DNA of 64,000 nt from Rhina ancylostomus. Lineage: Eukaryota. Of this stretch, positions 40,591 to 54,770 are shown in pieces. The notes beneath the pieces are model-generated. The model saw nothing but the letters and a program-made list of their open reading frames with translations. It had not been told where the DNA came from and ran no database searches. The DNA lies in assembly GCA_030265395.1 (NCBI GenBank), contig JARFYF010000017.1, forward strand, positions 27,197,882 through 27,261,881, read 5' to 3'. The translations under genes and the position numbers were made by a program. Each line of letters starts with the position of its first letter. Within the stretch, counting starts at the first letter, position 1.

Positions 40591-41138
40591 AAATGCTGTC
40601 TACCACATCAATACCCTCAAGATTTTCACAACTTTAAAGAACTCTAAAATGGTACCAAAATTCTAGCACAATTCCGACAACAACCAGTAGAAATCAAATA
40701 ACAACTAACCTATGAGGAGTTGATGAGCCTTTTAAATAAGACTTTCAGTGAACTGTTAAACATATGCTCAGATGTGCAAGGTTACGAGAGGTGTTGGCAG
40801 GAGCACTGAGCCCCAACGCAGCACATGCTTATGGTGGTATCAATATAGTGGCTTGCATGACTCACATGTCACATCTATCACCTCTTTGGAACTAATTCAC
40901 CACCCATAATGCCCATACAACAAAAGAACATAATTTTGTGGTTGTTTTCTCTGTCTACTCAATATTACTCACTGTGATAGGAGATAATGCAGAAGCAATG
41001 TAGCTCTTGGGACTGAGACTTTGGATAGCCACTAACATGAGAGGACTGATGGAGGCACCAAGAAGTTAATTGCTATTATCTCCCCAGGCAGCAGAGAAAA
41101 GGAGGGCCGGTTCAAAGCATGAATTACTTGAGAGGTTT

Positions 41139-41142
<4 letters not shown>

Positions 41143-41172
<30 letters not shown>
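41143..41172 (+). repeat. (GA)15 microsatellite
   Basis: Uninterrupted GA run. Confidence 0.95.
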
Positions 41173-41175
<3 letters not shown>

Positions 41176-42134
41176 TGTGGCGGTGAGGGGGGAATTGGAA
41201 GACGTGCACTACAATTGGCAAATTGATTTCTGGTCTCTATGTTACGTCTGACTTAATGTCATTAAAGAAAAATAATTTTTTCAAAGCAGCTGCATTAAAG
41301 AAAATCAACAGGTATACTGTATATTCAGTGAAAAATCCATAGAGTTGAAGTAGTACAAATGGAAAGAGGTGCTACCTTGGAATAAAGAAGATATCTTCTC
41401 GCCATTCTCATCTGATGTCAAGAATACAGGAGAAGCTTGCAGCCTTCACTAGACTTCACTGCAAATAATGCTGCAGGAAAACATTAATAACCTACAGAAT
41501 GAGTGCGCAACTGGAAAATTAACTATAACATGCATGATTGAGAGGTGGCATAACTTTCTCCAAAGAAAATATATCTAAATATGGAAAAGGACAAAAATGG
41601 TGGTGATGGGGGTGGGGGAGGCGTGGTTGGGAGATAAAGATACACATCACTAAAAGCAAAAGCAGAGGTTATAGACTCATTTCCAGCAGACAGAATTGAA
41701 AAAAAGTAGAGTTTGCTGAAATTATACAGAAACTTTAGATCTCAATTAGAGAGTCTCTTTCCTGTGATGCTCTTCCTGGGATTATCAAGCATGTACTCAA
41801 AGCCTTCTTCAAAAAATCTAATACTCCTCCTGGTCCCTGAGAAAACCTGGGCTAGTGGAGAATGAACATTTGGGAGGGCACTGAGAATGTCAATGCATCA
41901 GGTGCACACAGATATCCAATATAAATAGCAGACGGAATGGGCCATCACACAAATTTCCCACTGGCTTGTCCCATCAGGCACCTTCTGCCCCATCTGTATA
42001 AGAGTCTTCCACATCAGACTCATCAGTCACCTCAGAAACCACAAAATCAGAGCGGAGGCAAGTCATTTATGATCCTCGGAAGAAAGGAAATAATGTGAAT
42101 AATTCTCACCTCATATTTTAAAAAGCATAGAGGT

Positions 42135-42530
42135 TCCTTGAATGCAGAAAAGATTTATCAGAATGATACTAGAAATAAGAGAATATAAGTATCAGGAAAG
42201 ATAGAAAAATCTGGCAATCTTTTCGAAATTGAAAGGACTTGAGAAGAGTTAATGTAGATCTCTAAGATACAATACAATAAATATAGAGGTGGTGTTTCTG
42301 CTTGAAAGTAAGTTCAGAATCAGGTGCCGTAGAATGTGGAACTTGCTACGATACTGAAAATGAATGGAACGGGGAAATCTAGGTAAGCACATAGAGAAAG
42401 AAGTGGGAAGACCATGATTACTAGGGTTAGATAAAGTCAGATGGAATGAGGTCCACTGTGAAGGATAATCAACTGACAAGAACCTGTTGGCCAATGGATT
42501 TACTTCTCTACATTGGAGACTATGTAAAAC
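42135..42530 (+). mobile_element. Old CR1 LINE 3' fragment
   Basis: gcagaaaagatttatcagaatgatacta (Q.RF.RMI), agaatgtggaacttgcta and ctgttggccaatgg tail. Confidence 0.65.
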
Positions 42531-45500
42531 CTTAGAATGAAAAATAGAAAATGGACGGCAACTTTAATATCTCAAGACCTGCAAGAGAACTGGAAGAAAG
42601 CTAGGGTGATGGTTACATTGAAGCAGGGGTGGACTAATTCTTCTTAAGTGTTGATGCCCTTTAGCACATGAACTATACTTATAAACTTCAAAAATGGATC
42701 ATTCTGTAAAAAGTAGACTTTAATAGCCCCATTTCCAATATTACTATGAATAGTAGGCACACCAGGGTACAAGGCCGCACCAATAGAAAATCCAGTGAAA
42801 ACAGAAAGACAAGTACCCAATATGTCTTATTGCATAAGATATCCCATGAGCACTGCAAATGGGAACAATTACTTTCTGTTGACCAGATCTAGGATCACGG
42901 AACCACAAATAACTTCACAATTTTTGTTCTTGTTCAGAACTACATGTGCATTCAGTTTTACCTAAAAAAAAGTGTTACAGTTGTTTTCTCCAATGAAAGA
43001 GTAATGATGTACATTAGCAGTGAAATAATTATAATTGGTGATTGAGTGGATGCTTCGGAGCAGATGGTGATTTTTTTTTCTCTTGTACTTTACAGTTTTT
43101 GTACTTTGCCATAAATACTGTCGAGACATTGGGGTGAAATTCAACTTCTGCTGAGGTGCAAAAAGGATGAGAGCTGATTGGCAGCCCACTATGTAATCTG
43201 TTCTGGCACAATGTAGAATGGGTAGTCAATCAGCTCCCTTCTATTGTGCACCACTATTGAAAGTCAATTGCAATTCCCCATTANNNNNNNNNNNNNNNNN
43301 NNNNNNNNNNNNNNNNNNNNNNNNNNNNNNNNNNNNNNNNNNNNNNNNNNNNNNNNNNNNNNNNNNNNNNNNNNNNNNNNNNNNNNNNNNNNNNNNNNNN
43401 NNNNNNNNNNNNNNNNNNNNNNNNNNNNNNNNNNNNNNNNNNNNNNNNNNNNNNNNNNNNNNNNNNNNNNNNNNNNNNNNNNNNNNNNNNNNNNNNNNNN
43501 NNNNNNNNNNNNNNNNNNNNNNNNNNNNNNNNNNNNNNNNNNNNNNNNNNNNNNNNNNNNNNNNNNNNNNNNNNNNNNNNNNNNNNNNNNNNNNNNNNNN
43601 NNNNNNNNNNNNNNNNNNNNNNNNNNNNNNNNNNNNNNNNNNNNNNNNNNNNNNNNNNNNNNNNNNNNNNNNNNNNNNNNNNNNNNNNNNNNNNNNNNNN
43701 NNNNNNNNNNNNNNNNNNNNNNNNNNNNNNNNNNNNNNNNNNNNNNNNNNNNNNNNNNNNNNNNNNNNNNNNNNNNNNNNNNNNNNNNNNNNNNNNNNNN
43801 NNNNNNNNNNNNNNNNNNNNNNNNNNNNNNNNNNNNNNNNNNNNNNNNNNNNNNNNNNNNNNNNNNNNNNNNNNNNNNNNNNNNNNNNNNNNNNNNNNNN
43901 NNNNNNNNNNNNNNNNNNNNNNNNNNNNNNNNNNNNNNNNNNNNNNNNNNNNNNNNNNNNNNNNNNNNNNNNNNNNNNNNNNNNNNNNNNNNNNNNNNNN
44001 NNNNNNNNNNNNNNNNNNNNNNNATAGCCTCACAAGCATGCTCTACTGGGAGATCTACTGTTAGGAACTAAATGTCAGCTTCAATCAGGAATTATTTGGA
44101 TACCAGCCATTAAGACGAGAAGCAGCCTTCAAAAAAGCTGTTCACATGTAACTTACCAGCAGTAATCAAGCAGACACTATTATCTGCAAAGATCGTAGGC
44201 TACAGGTTCAGAGAGGTACATCACGTAAGAATTAAACTATGTAATTATAGCCATTGAGACTGTTCAATCACCTGCTGTTATCTTTGTGCTTAAAAAGTAT
44301 AAAACCTCAGTGTACTTTTTTTGAGTAGGGTGAGATTCTTTTGGAATTCTTCCGAGAGATTCTTCATGTGGTTCATTCAAACTCACAACACCTACCGCCT
44401 GAAAATAGTTATTTACCCACCCTTCAATCTGCCTCGGTCAAAGCCAGATGTGGTCTAGGGATTAAGTTTGAGACTTTAAGAAAACTTCCACTTGCCCCTA
44501 ACACATCCATACTTCAAGGTTAAATGGATTGTATGTACAATACCAGTCACTCTTCACTTCCTCCTTATGTGTGTCTTTCAGTTATCTTGGAACCTATTAG
44601 AACTGAACAGAATCAAATCATCCTCAGTCCTAAAGGCCTGCCTAAGGAAAGAGGCTGATTACTGAGTAATTCAGCCATTTCACAGTTATTAATTAGAAAA
44701 TTTACATTTTAGAGTTGTCGTCATCCTTTTATGATGAGAGGGTAATTAACATTACTGCCTCACCTTAGTTTTCTTTTCCAAGACATGGTTCTTGTTTCAG
44801 ATCTTTTCCCAAATCCTGAAAGTAGGGGATTCTAAACTGACCCAGACTACAATAGATTAACTAGACTTTTAGTCCCTATAGAAAATATTTGCTCCTTCTT
44901 TTCCAAATGGCTCGCTCAGAGTTTCTTTCCAACATCTGGTCAGAGAATCAGATTTCCAGAACATGTTTTACTTTGATGCAGTACTGCACACACCAACCCT
45001 GGGTTAATGACATGTTCATCCTTTAAAATATTGAGGTGGCTTTGCTATTTGACAGGTGTGAAAACAACGTTGTTACGCGTACATAATTGGCGCTTTTTCA
45101 GTCATTGTTGCTAATGAATTTGTGTAAGATGAAATCACCCACAGCAAGTGTATTCTCACCCCCTTTTATTAAGTGGTTATTAGAATCAATGAGTAAAGGC
45201 TATTTAACACTTTTTACAAAGGAAGAGGGATATATTGGTCTTTTTAAGCTTTTCAGTATAAAATTATGCATAGTTATTGTCCATTAAATCAATATTTGGA
45301 GAACTTTTGTATTTTAAAATCACATTTCTCAAAAGCACTGGTTATGTTGACAAATGTTGTTATTCACTTTTCCACAAATGGTCTAAAATATAAATGGATC
45401 TTCTGACATCTTACATTGTAGAAGCTTTCATGAAGATGGGTCGAGGACATCACAGTAATAAAATCTGTCATGTAACTAAATGTGATGGATAACTGTAACA

Positions 45501-48500
45501 GACATAAAATAATACAGGATTTTCAAAGTCAGTAACTTGCATGCTCAGTGTACCATGCTATTTTTTTGTCCTCTAAACAAATAGCATTAAAAAACATTTA
45601 ATATATATTGTAAACTTAAATCTTTTAGATTGTTTCTCAAATATCAATGCAACATAATTTACTTTTCTCTAATAATCATTTTCCACAAAACTAACAAACT
45701 TTGTGATTAAGGAGCAAAGGGACTTGAGAATTTTTCCTTAAGAAATTCTTATATGCAGGTGGAATGGAGTTTTGTGGAGATAAAACTCAACCCTGTCCAA
45801 AAAGAAGATTCTGTGTTAAGTTTCAGTCCCTATTAACTGACATGTGAAATTCTTATTTCTTTAAAAACATAGCTCAGTAGCACTGTGGTTAATGTTCACC
45901 TCCTGCTATGTGGTTCCAGATTTGGATCCCTGCTGAGATTTAGTGCTGTTTGGAATCTTAATGTGTGATTAGTGTACATTCACATTAAACCTGCTAGTTT
46001 GATCACTATAAACTATACAATAATTTGTGCCTTGCCACAGAAAAATCATGATACAAGCCTTGACCCTTAAAAATTTACTGAAACTCTAATAAAATCCACA
46101 GTTTAACATTATATTTGACATGTTACTGCTAACCATGACTCTCAGGTCCCAGGTCCTTACCACTCATGTACCAATTAATCCCATACTATGGGACATTCCC
46201 TTCATCGTGAACCTTATTATAACAGCCAAAATGCTTGACTCCTGAGGAATGCATTATAACAGTAGAATGGATCATCTTGACATTTGGCCTTCTAATTGTT
46301 TTTGATGCTTAACATTTTTTTCCTTCATAACCCACTCCTAAGATAAAATATTAGAAAATGAAAGAAACCAGTCGAGGAACAATACCTATTCGCTGTAGAC
46401 TGTCAAAATTTTGTGCAGTTAACCCAAGTTAAACATGGCACCAATTTTATAAAGAATTTGACATCAGCCCACAAAACGATAAACCATCATTCTCTAAAAA
46501 GTGAGCGTTAAATAAAAGGGAGTTGATTGTTATAAACGAGTTTACTGTGGCTGAGGGCTGATGATATGTCTGTTTTCTTCTATGCCATTATCTAGGTACT
46601 TGAACTCTGGATAACAATGACTTCATGCACAATGAGAAGTGCTAGGCTTTAATTGTATGTATTTAGTCACGCAAACAGAAGCACTGGCCTGAGAATGGCT
46701 AGTTAGCCAATGACATCATTGAGCTTCCTGGGCTTTAGAAATGGCTCTTAACAGCTATGTCAAATTTGTACTGATATTAGTTTGAGTTAGGTTGTAAATC
46801 TCAGATTTAGGTCAAAGAGTGGAGCTCAGACTTCACTCCAAACATGCTACCAAGTCACTGCTGCTACCAGCCAAAGGCACACAGTGGAAAGGAGGGGAGA
46901 AAATGGAAACATCAGGAGACTGGGTGGTTTATGCAGAAATCCTCTCTGTCAATCAATTCACTGTGTCTGCATGAAACTGATGATCGCATCATCATGTTAG
47001 TTTGCCTGACTTGCTTAGCACAAAGAAGGTGGGAAAATTTTCTCAAGCAGGGATGTTAGCACTTGAAAAATCAATCACCATCTGTGCTCATTTTCTGAAG
47101 AGAAGAGAAACAACCTCTGTTTAAAAATACACCCAAATAAATATCTCTTAATGTTTGAAAATAAACTGCAAGGTCATGGAGTACATGGCAATTAGAACAG
47201 AAAAAACAGAGGCTGCTTTTAGTGACTTCATTATTTAATATCACATCTTAAATGTATGTCTCTGCACTAAAGTCATACTTCCATAAATAGATTTCAAAGC
47301 CACCTAAAGAGTACCCGCATGTGCAAAGGTTACAAAAAAGTTGGAAGAAGAACAACACCACGTAACATGTGATGATAGGGCTCCATGCACTGTACGGCAG
47401 TGAAATGTTTGTACCATGGGTGCAACTTCTTTTTGGTAGCACAGCTGTGTGAAAACTGCCAGCAAAGAGTATGCTGAGGCAGCAAAACCATTAAATGCTC
47501 AACAGTTATCCAAGCCCTTTTCCAGTAACCAGTCACTTGCACAACATAACTAAACAGATTTGGAGGTCACAGAACAACAACAGAAAGATACATTGATGGA
47601 GATTAAATTTCACTTATTTAAATATATTTTCCCTCGTGAAGTTTATCAACATGAAGCAATGCATTCAAATCTAGTAACAAAATGTTTAAGTTACAAAAAC
47701 CTTAATGTAGAAAAATGGCTGTAAAAATCATCTATAGTGTTGCTATAACTACATTTTCACATGACCATAATAAAGTCTTTTTTTTGCTAGCAAGTGAAAA
47801 TGAAGTTTAAGCCATGATGCGACAGTTATACCTCTGGATATGTTACAGAGAGTGAGAACTTTATGGTGTTCTGACAAAACACCCTCAATTTGACAATAGA
47901 AACCTTTCATCAAACTCGAAGGACAGTTTTTATTTGGAAAACAGAACATACTTTACAAATCAATCACCAAAAATTACCCGCCATGCTGCAGCTTAAAAGG
48001 TACAGCAAACAGAATCAATCAATCTGTGGCAGTTTAAACAAAGGCAAGATATATCACCAGTTGATAACTCGAGAGTAGCACAGCAAAATGACTATATCAT
48101 ATAGTCAGCAAGTTTAACCAGACACTTCTCTTTAACTATCCAAAAATATGCACTTCCCTATTACATTTTAACCCTCTCAAACACAAAATCATATCTCTGA
48201 CAATTGCATATAGGATTTTTACATATGAGCTATGAACTGTGAATAATCTGGACAATAGTAGTTGAAGTCAAAAGATGATGTCATATTTTGATGGACTAGC
48301 AAGGTATACAGATTTCCATTCATTTCTTTCTCAAACTACTATCATCCTTACCCAGGCCAAAGGTTTACCCCGGTATTCTGGTAGAATATGATGGGTTCCC
48401 AAGAGATTCTTTCTACCATGAGAGAGCCATGCAACAGATAGAGGGCATTCCTGGTAATGCTGTAACTAGGGACCCATCATAAGCAAAATGGAGCGAGCTA

Positions 48501-50279
48501 TCGACTTGAAAGGAATGGGGTCACACAAACAATATCAGAATCTGGACCTTATGAAAGACTTGACTCAGAGTACAGTCTCCAGAAGGAAGTCACTTCAGGT
48601 TTTCTCCCTCCATTGGACCATCTTAAGGCTGGTCCTGCTGTTTCTGAAAGCCAATAGCATCTCCCCTATCATGACCCCAGGAAACCACAGGAAGGAATGA
48701 TGCAGGTTCCCAGATCAAAGGGGCCATTTTTATCAGTGTTGGTTTCACTACTCCTTGAAACAAAACTTATTTTAAAATATTAAACATTTTCTCCTGCTCT
48801 TACAGAGATTACTCCATGCTTTCTGACATTAGTTAGAATAACTGTCTCTGTTTTATCAGATAACATTGTCATTACTCACGTACTGAAGTTAATTAGTAAA
48901 AACTACTCTCTTTCCTCATCCTTTCTCTCTCCTTATTGTGGTGACTCAGACTGGAATTCAGTGCCAAAAGCCCCTGTGACCATCTGGTACCTTATACAAC
49001 TGACTGTCACATTTTTCATATGTGAGGCTTTGACAGGAACAGAAATGGGATTAGGTATTTGAGATGCTGAACTTCAGTCCAGAAAAGCCCTTGCTGGCTC
49101 CCAACTTCTCTCTTCCCAGGACTCTAACCTGCAAAAATGAATCATACCTGAAACCTCCCTGAATTTGACAATGAGTGTCCTGTAATTTACAAAATTAATG
49201 GGACTACAAGGTCTGCTAGGAGGACCCAGTTTCTGGTCCAGTCTTCATCACTTCTCTTCAATCAGAGAAAGAAACCTGAGCTCCCCCATCTCCACCCTCA
49301 CAAGGCAGCACACGAGCCACAGTCATTGTGTGGGAAGGGGAGGATATCTCCCACGTTCTACTCTCAATCATTTGACATGTATGAAAATCATTGTGTTAAT
49401 GAATTTTTAAAGAAAGCGCTTATGTCTGTTATACATAAGTAGTTATACCTTAACTGCAATAATACTTACAATAACAATAGAAGGCTTAACTGTGAGGCAA
49501 TTTAAGTCTTTTTTTATAACTTATATTTAAGATGTGAAATGCATTGACTTCAATTCCATCACGTGTTTCGGTGAGCAAATCTGGCAGATGATATTTTCAA
49601 TATTTTAAAGATAAATTTCTCATTATCTCTTGGATATTAAATCATCTCTTACAATAGCAACTAATCTTGAGAGAATGCAGAGATCAGCAATTTTTGTGGA
49701 GAGGGATGAAGTCACAGCTTCACTTTTAACAAAAATATTTCCAATATTTGTGAGGCTGGCTGGATCCAGAGGCTTAGCTGAGAACTGCTTTTGCCTCTGG
49801 GCCATGAATGGGCCTATGTCGATGAAGAGTGACGAACTTCAGTGATTGAAAAGAATAAACTCAACTAACAGCTGTCTGCTTCTCACCTGAATAATAGTCA
49901 GTCAGTGGTTGAAAGTTGGAAGGGACCTTGGTCACCTTATTATTGGCCAAGGCCTGCCTGATGAGTTAATAGAAATTAAGATGTATTGTGTTATAAGATG
50001 AATTAATTCCTTCTTTGGTTCCTCTTAACACTCTCAAATTATTTTACATTCCAGTCACTTTAAGACAATTATGCTTTTAATGTTATATTGTCATGTTGAC
50101 TGGCAAACAATTGTCAGTTTTCAAAGCACTGTGGTTGTCTGATCACAGATAATCATGTGACCAAACAACTAAACACAATTCTGTGCCTCAAGCGGTGCTT
50201 TTAAGCATCTAATGACCTGCAGTAAATAGGTTGTGCTGTTAAGGGCAATTCTATTTGCCAAACAAAGTAATAATCCATG

Positions 50280-50365
50280 AGATTGTGCATTAAGGTTTCC
50301 CCACATCATAACAGTGACTACATTTCAAATATACAGTGGTTCTGAAGTACGTTAGGACCTTCTTA
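50280..50365 (+). mobile_element. Deu-domain SINE (SacSINE1/AmnSINE1-like) 3' fragment
   Basis: tttccccacatcataacagtgactacatttcaaat...ctgaagtacgttaggacct resembles the recalled DeuSINE 3' segment TTTCCTACATTACAACAGTGACTACACTTCAAAA..AAAGCGCTTTGGGAC. Confidence 0.5.
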
Positions 50366-50544
50366 ATTCAAAATAGAAATGGACATTTAATTTCTTTTTG
50401 TCTACATTGAGATTTGTAAAGTAATACTTCTGAAATAAAATTGCTGCAGAGAATTTCTAGAACAAATCTGAAGAGGGCAAACATTAATTGTTCTATTGGT
50501 TTTTCATTCTCTGGCCTTGTATTCACTGGACACGGGAAAAGGAG

Positions 50545-51112
50545 AAGGATATGCCCGTCAATAAGTTCATGATTGATCTCGTACCTCAACACCACTTTCC
50601 TGCACTAACCCATGTCATTTGATTGATTCATTCAAAATTCTATCTAATTTTGTTTGAATTTACTCAGCCACTGAACCTCTACCATCCTCCTGGGATGTAA
50701 ATTCCAGAGATTCACCACCTTCCAAGTGAAGCAGTTTCCTCATTACAGCCTGGAATGGCTGACCCCTTTCTTGAGCCCTCACTCAGGGAAATATTACCCT
50801 TGCACCAAGCCTGTCAAGCCCTGTAAATGTTTTGTTCATTTCAACGAGACTCTAATATTTCTAAACTCTAAAGAATATAGATCCTACTGTTTCATGTCTC
50901 CTCATCCTGCCATCCCAGGGATCAAATTAGTGGATCTTTGTAGTAGTTCTTCAAATATATTCTCCCTCACATTGAGAGACCAGACTGTTCACAGTATTCC
51001 AGCTGCAGTCTTACCAGGGCCCAGCATAATTGTAGTAAGATTTCTTTACCCTTGCACTCAAATACTCTTGCAATGAAGGCCAACATACTGTTTACATTTC
51101 TAATTGCTCGTT
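50545..51112 (-). mobile_element. CR1 LINE 3' fragment
   Basis: gagaccagactgttcacagtattccagctgcagtcttaccagggcc (reverse ALVRLQLEYCEQSG) and aattccagagattcaccacc. Confidence 0.85.
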
Positions 51113-51264
51113 TGAAGGCTGATGTTGGTGAGGGTGCAGGGTTGGGGCAGAGATTTTCATGTGAAATCTAGGCCAGTCCCCCCACCCCCGTACTGTGTTT
51201 TAACTGTGGATTGGGGTGGAAATGCAGAAGTGGAGGCCTGACACAACACTGAAAATTGACCATT

Positions 51265-51379
51265 TGCTTTCTTGTACTTGACAAGAAATGTGCAAATGTG
51301 CTTTTAATATCTTCTGGTATGAATTTTGATATAATTTATCTATTACAAAGAATTACTTCCCGTCAAGTACAAGAAAGCA
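51265..51379. repeat. Perfect 18-bp inverted repeat with a 79-bp spacer
   Basis: tgctttcttgtacttgac (51265-51282) and gtcaagtacaagaaagca (51362-51379). Confidence 0.9.
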
Positions 51380-54009
51380 GAGTTGGATTTGTAAAACATT
51401 TATTTTGTTTTCTTGTTTGATAAGCATACCAGCACATCGAGACACATCTTTAAATTGCTACCTCCTGGAACCATCCTCATTCCTCCTGAAACTCACTGTT
51501 TAAATTGCTCTAATTAGGTTTTCATGGCTGTAGGATGGCAACCAAAGTCACAAATAACTTTTTCTGTTACAATGACCCACTTGATCTCCTTTTGATGAGG
51601 GGAACTAAACCTTTCCTACACTGTCCAACTTGGTAGAACTGTTTCCATATGTTCCATTCTAATTGGTCTGAGCCAGGGCAGCTCCTATAATGTTTTTTCT
51701 TCCCGCTTCTCTAATTTGACTGCAAAAGATTCTTGCAATCTATCCTTGAAGCATTTGAGGATATTACCTTACATAAATAATACCAGAATCACTCCAGCAT
51801 TTTCACATTTATTGGATTTGCAAAGCATTTGCTGTTATTTAGTTACATAACAAGAGTGCCAGTATGTCAAGCCACATCCTCGATGTGTCACCTCCAGGAT
51901 CTGTCCTCATTACAATATGTGAAGCATTTGGATACATCTAAGTGATATGTTAAGCCACAGTATAAATTCAAGTTCTAATTTCATGATGGCAGAATATATC
52001 TCAACAATTATAATGGAATCTAAATTTATCCTGAACTAAATCTAATTTCATCTGCACAACTGGCTCATTGTAAAAAGTGGCGCAAGACTGATAGCTATCT
52101 ATACTTACAAAGAAATGCTGACTATCTATATCAAACATGTTATAGAATATTCATTATGATTTTGAGTACATTTATCTGTATGCGCTTACCATGGGTTGCT
52201 AACCACCACAGGGTTAAATTTTATTAGGATCAGTATATAATAATCAACTTTGTACTTATCTCAATGACCTTGAAATATTTTTTCTCACAATTTTAATTGA
52301 GATTCTATTCATTTCCATGTTGATTCATTTCTCCAGGTTGCAGTGCACTCTCTGTGTTGGTTAACAAAAATATGCAATCATCTTTTATAATTAATTCTTT
52401 ATTAAACTGATTTGAACTTCTAGCCAGAATTTTTTGCAGGTTCATCACTTGCCTGGGCTATTTTGCTGACAAGCTAGCCTTACCCTGAACTCAGCAAAGT
52501 CTTCTTTTAGTATTTGGTTGCCATTTCTGCTCTCTGTTTAAATTGGACCTTTAGTTGAAAACACCAAATTCATGAAAAGGCTAACTCAAAGATCAAAATG
52601 GTCACTTTCCAAGTTGGCATTTGCTAATAGCTGCGTCTCATGGCAAAACATATCCATATTTGGCACATGAGCAGTCAAAGGATACAAGTGATGATGTCTC
52701 AATTGTTGACAATTCTTACAGTGAATTGTTACCATGCAGAGAATGGCAGGGTAGGTATTAAAGCTGCTCTTGGTGGTGAGAACATCAGCTGGATACTTCT
52801 GTTATAAGCAGAGGAAACATTTTTTTTCTGATTGAACTTACATTAGACAAGATATCATCTATATTAAGGGCAATGTCAAAGGATAAAAGGTGAGCACTAT
52901 GGGCGAACATTTTGGGTGCTTTTATAGTTATACCAGTTATTTAAGTATATCTATTTCTTAAAGTCTTCCTTTGCATTTTGAAAAACTATCTTGGAAGGTG
53001 AAACAATTCACAAGAGACACAAGATTATTACCAGTACTAATACTAATATTTACAGGACTGTAGTGTCTTTTCACACGGGAACAGTTTGCAATACTGTACC
53101 ACTTTGTAAATTCAGTGACAGTTGTTACAAAGGCAGCCATTCTTCACCAACCAGATCCCATGATCAGGAATCTGATGAATAAGTATTTCATTCAGTTATA
53201 TTTGCTTTTTGAGACAGAAAATATGACCACTAAATATCTAATTATACTTTCAAAGTAAAACCTACTGCCTTCATCCCATCCTCATATGTTGATATATAGA
53301 AAGTAAAAAGTTCTGGAATACATAATCAACAGGGTCTAAAGTGTATGGCTGTTTTGACTAAGTCTACTGCATGCCCATCAGGATCATCTGCAATTTTGCT
53401 TAGGATCTACACCAAACTCTGGAATAGTATGAGAACTCCATGATGAGTCAGGGATTGCAGATCCTCTGCTCTTATTAGCATCGAGTGAATCTAGAGTTCC
53501 TGTTCCTGAGTTCTACATGGTGTAGTGTCAATAAATGCTCAGTTGTAACAATACCTACACCTTCGCAATCTCTGGTGCTCCAAGCTAGGCTAAAGTTTTG
53601 AATTCCCACAGATAAGAAGGAATATCTTTTTAAAATTTATAAGAGTTCAGTGTACCCATTTCATATCCCACATTAAAATGAACAGGAATGGCTGATACTT
53701 TAATAGCTGTAATTATCCATTAACAACTTCTGAATATTCCACATTTTTTCTCTCATGTATGAGTGAATGCTGCAGATAGTTGTTAATTGGTCATCATGGA
53801 CTATACCAATCCTATCCATACTTGTCATACTTCCAGCAAGGAGCACTGAAAAATGGTTAGCTTCAGGAGTTAAGAGTGGGTCAATATTCAAGCCTGGGCT
53901 GGTAAGTGTCAAGTAATATTTGTACCAGGCCACTGCCAGGAGACAGTGTAATCTCCTCCTCATGTGGTTCGACAATATTTCCATCAATAACTCATCCATT
54001 ATGAACTTT

Positions 54010-54620
54010 ATGGAAAAGAATGATGACCAGAAATTTAACTACTCTTGCACCAACACTATACTTCTGGCTCAATAGCAGATGAAAGGCTGGATGTTTTGTG
54101 GTGGCTCCTCAAGGCTTTGCTATCATCTACAAGGTGCAAGTCAAGACTGTGTTGGAAAGGTGTCCACTTGCCGGGATGAACGTAGGTCCCACAAGGTTCA
54201 AGAAACCCAATATCACTTAGGACAAAACAGCCAGCTTGATTGGCACACTATCCACCACTCCAATATGTCACTTGCTCCATGATCTATCCACTATAGTTAT
54301 AGTGTGTATGAACTACAAGATGCACTACAGAACCTTACTGAGACTTCTTCAACAGCATTTTCCAAAATCACAACCCTACCTCCAACAAGGACAACACCAT
54401 CAGCATCTGTAAGTTCCACTCCAGGTTACACATCATTCTGACTTCAAATTGTATCATTGTTCCTTTATTGTGCAGGGTCTTGATTCAATGCTGATGATAA
54501 TGAGAAAATGTTCACTGGATGAGCTGTACCAGTTCAAGAAGGCTCAATATAACCTTCTCAAGGGCATTTAGGGAAGGGCACTAAATGTTTGTCTTACCAA
54601 TGACATTTATATTCTGTTTA
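54010..54620 (+). mobile_element. 3' fragment of the 26850-28075 LINE family
   Basis: catctacaaggtgcaagtcaag...accttctcaagggcatttagggaagggcactaaatg. Confidence 0.75.
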
Positions 54621-54649
54621 TGAATACATAAAAACGTGATGAAAATTTT

Positions 54650-54770
54650 TTAAAAATGCAGATAGTCAAAATCTGAAATAAAAATTGAAAATGCTGGAAG
54701 CACTCAGCAGGTCGGGTAGCACCTATGAAAAGATTCGGATGAAGAGTTTCAGATCCAGGAGAGTTTGTCA
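54650..54770 (-). mobile_element. Penelope-like terminal repeat fragment
   Basis: aatctgaaataaaaattgaaaatgctggaagcactcagcaggtcgggtagcacc. Confidence 0.65.

Noticed and set aside
43218-44071. Long ORFs of 250-275 aa (also 32282-32782, 14583-15071, 17343-17720)
   Set aside because: Artefacts of translating through N-gaps.
45868-45945. tRNA-like A/B boxes (agctcagtag...gatttggatccc)
   Set aside because: No cloverleaf; most likely a decayed SINE head.
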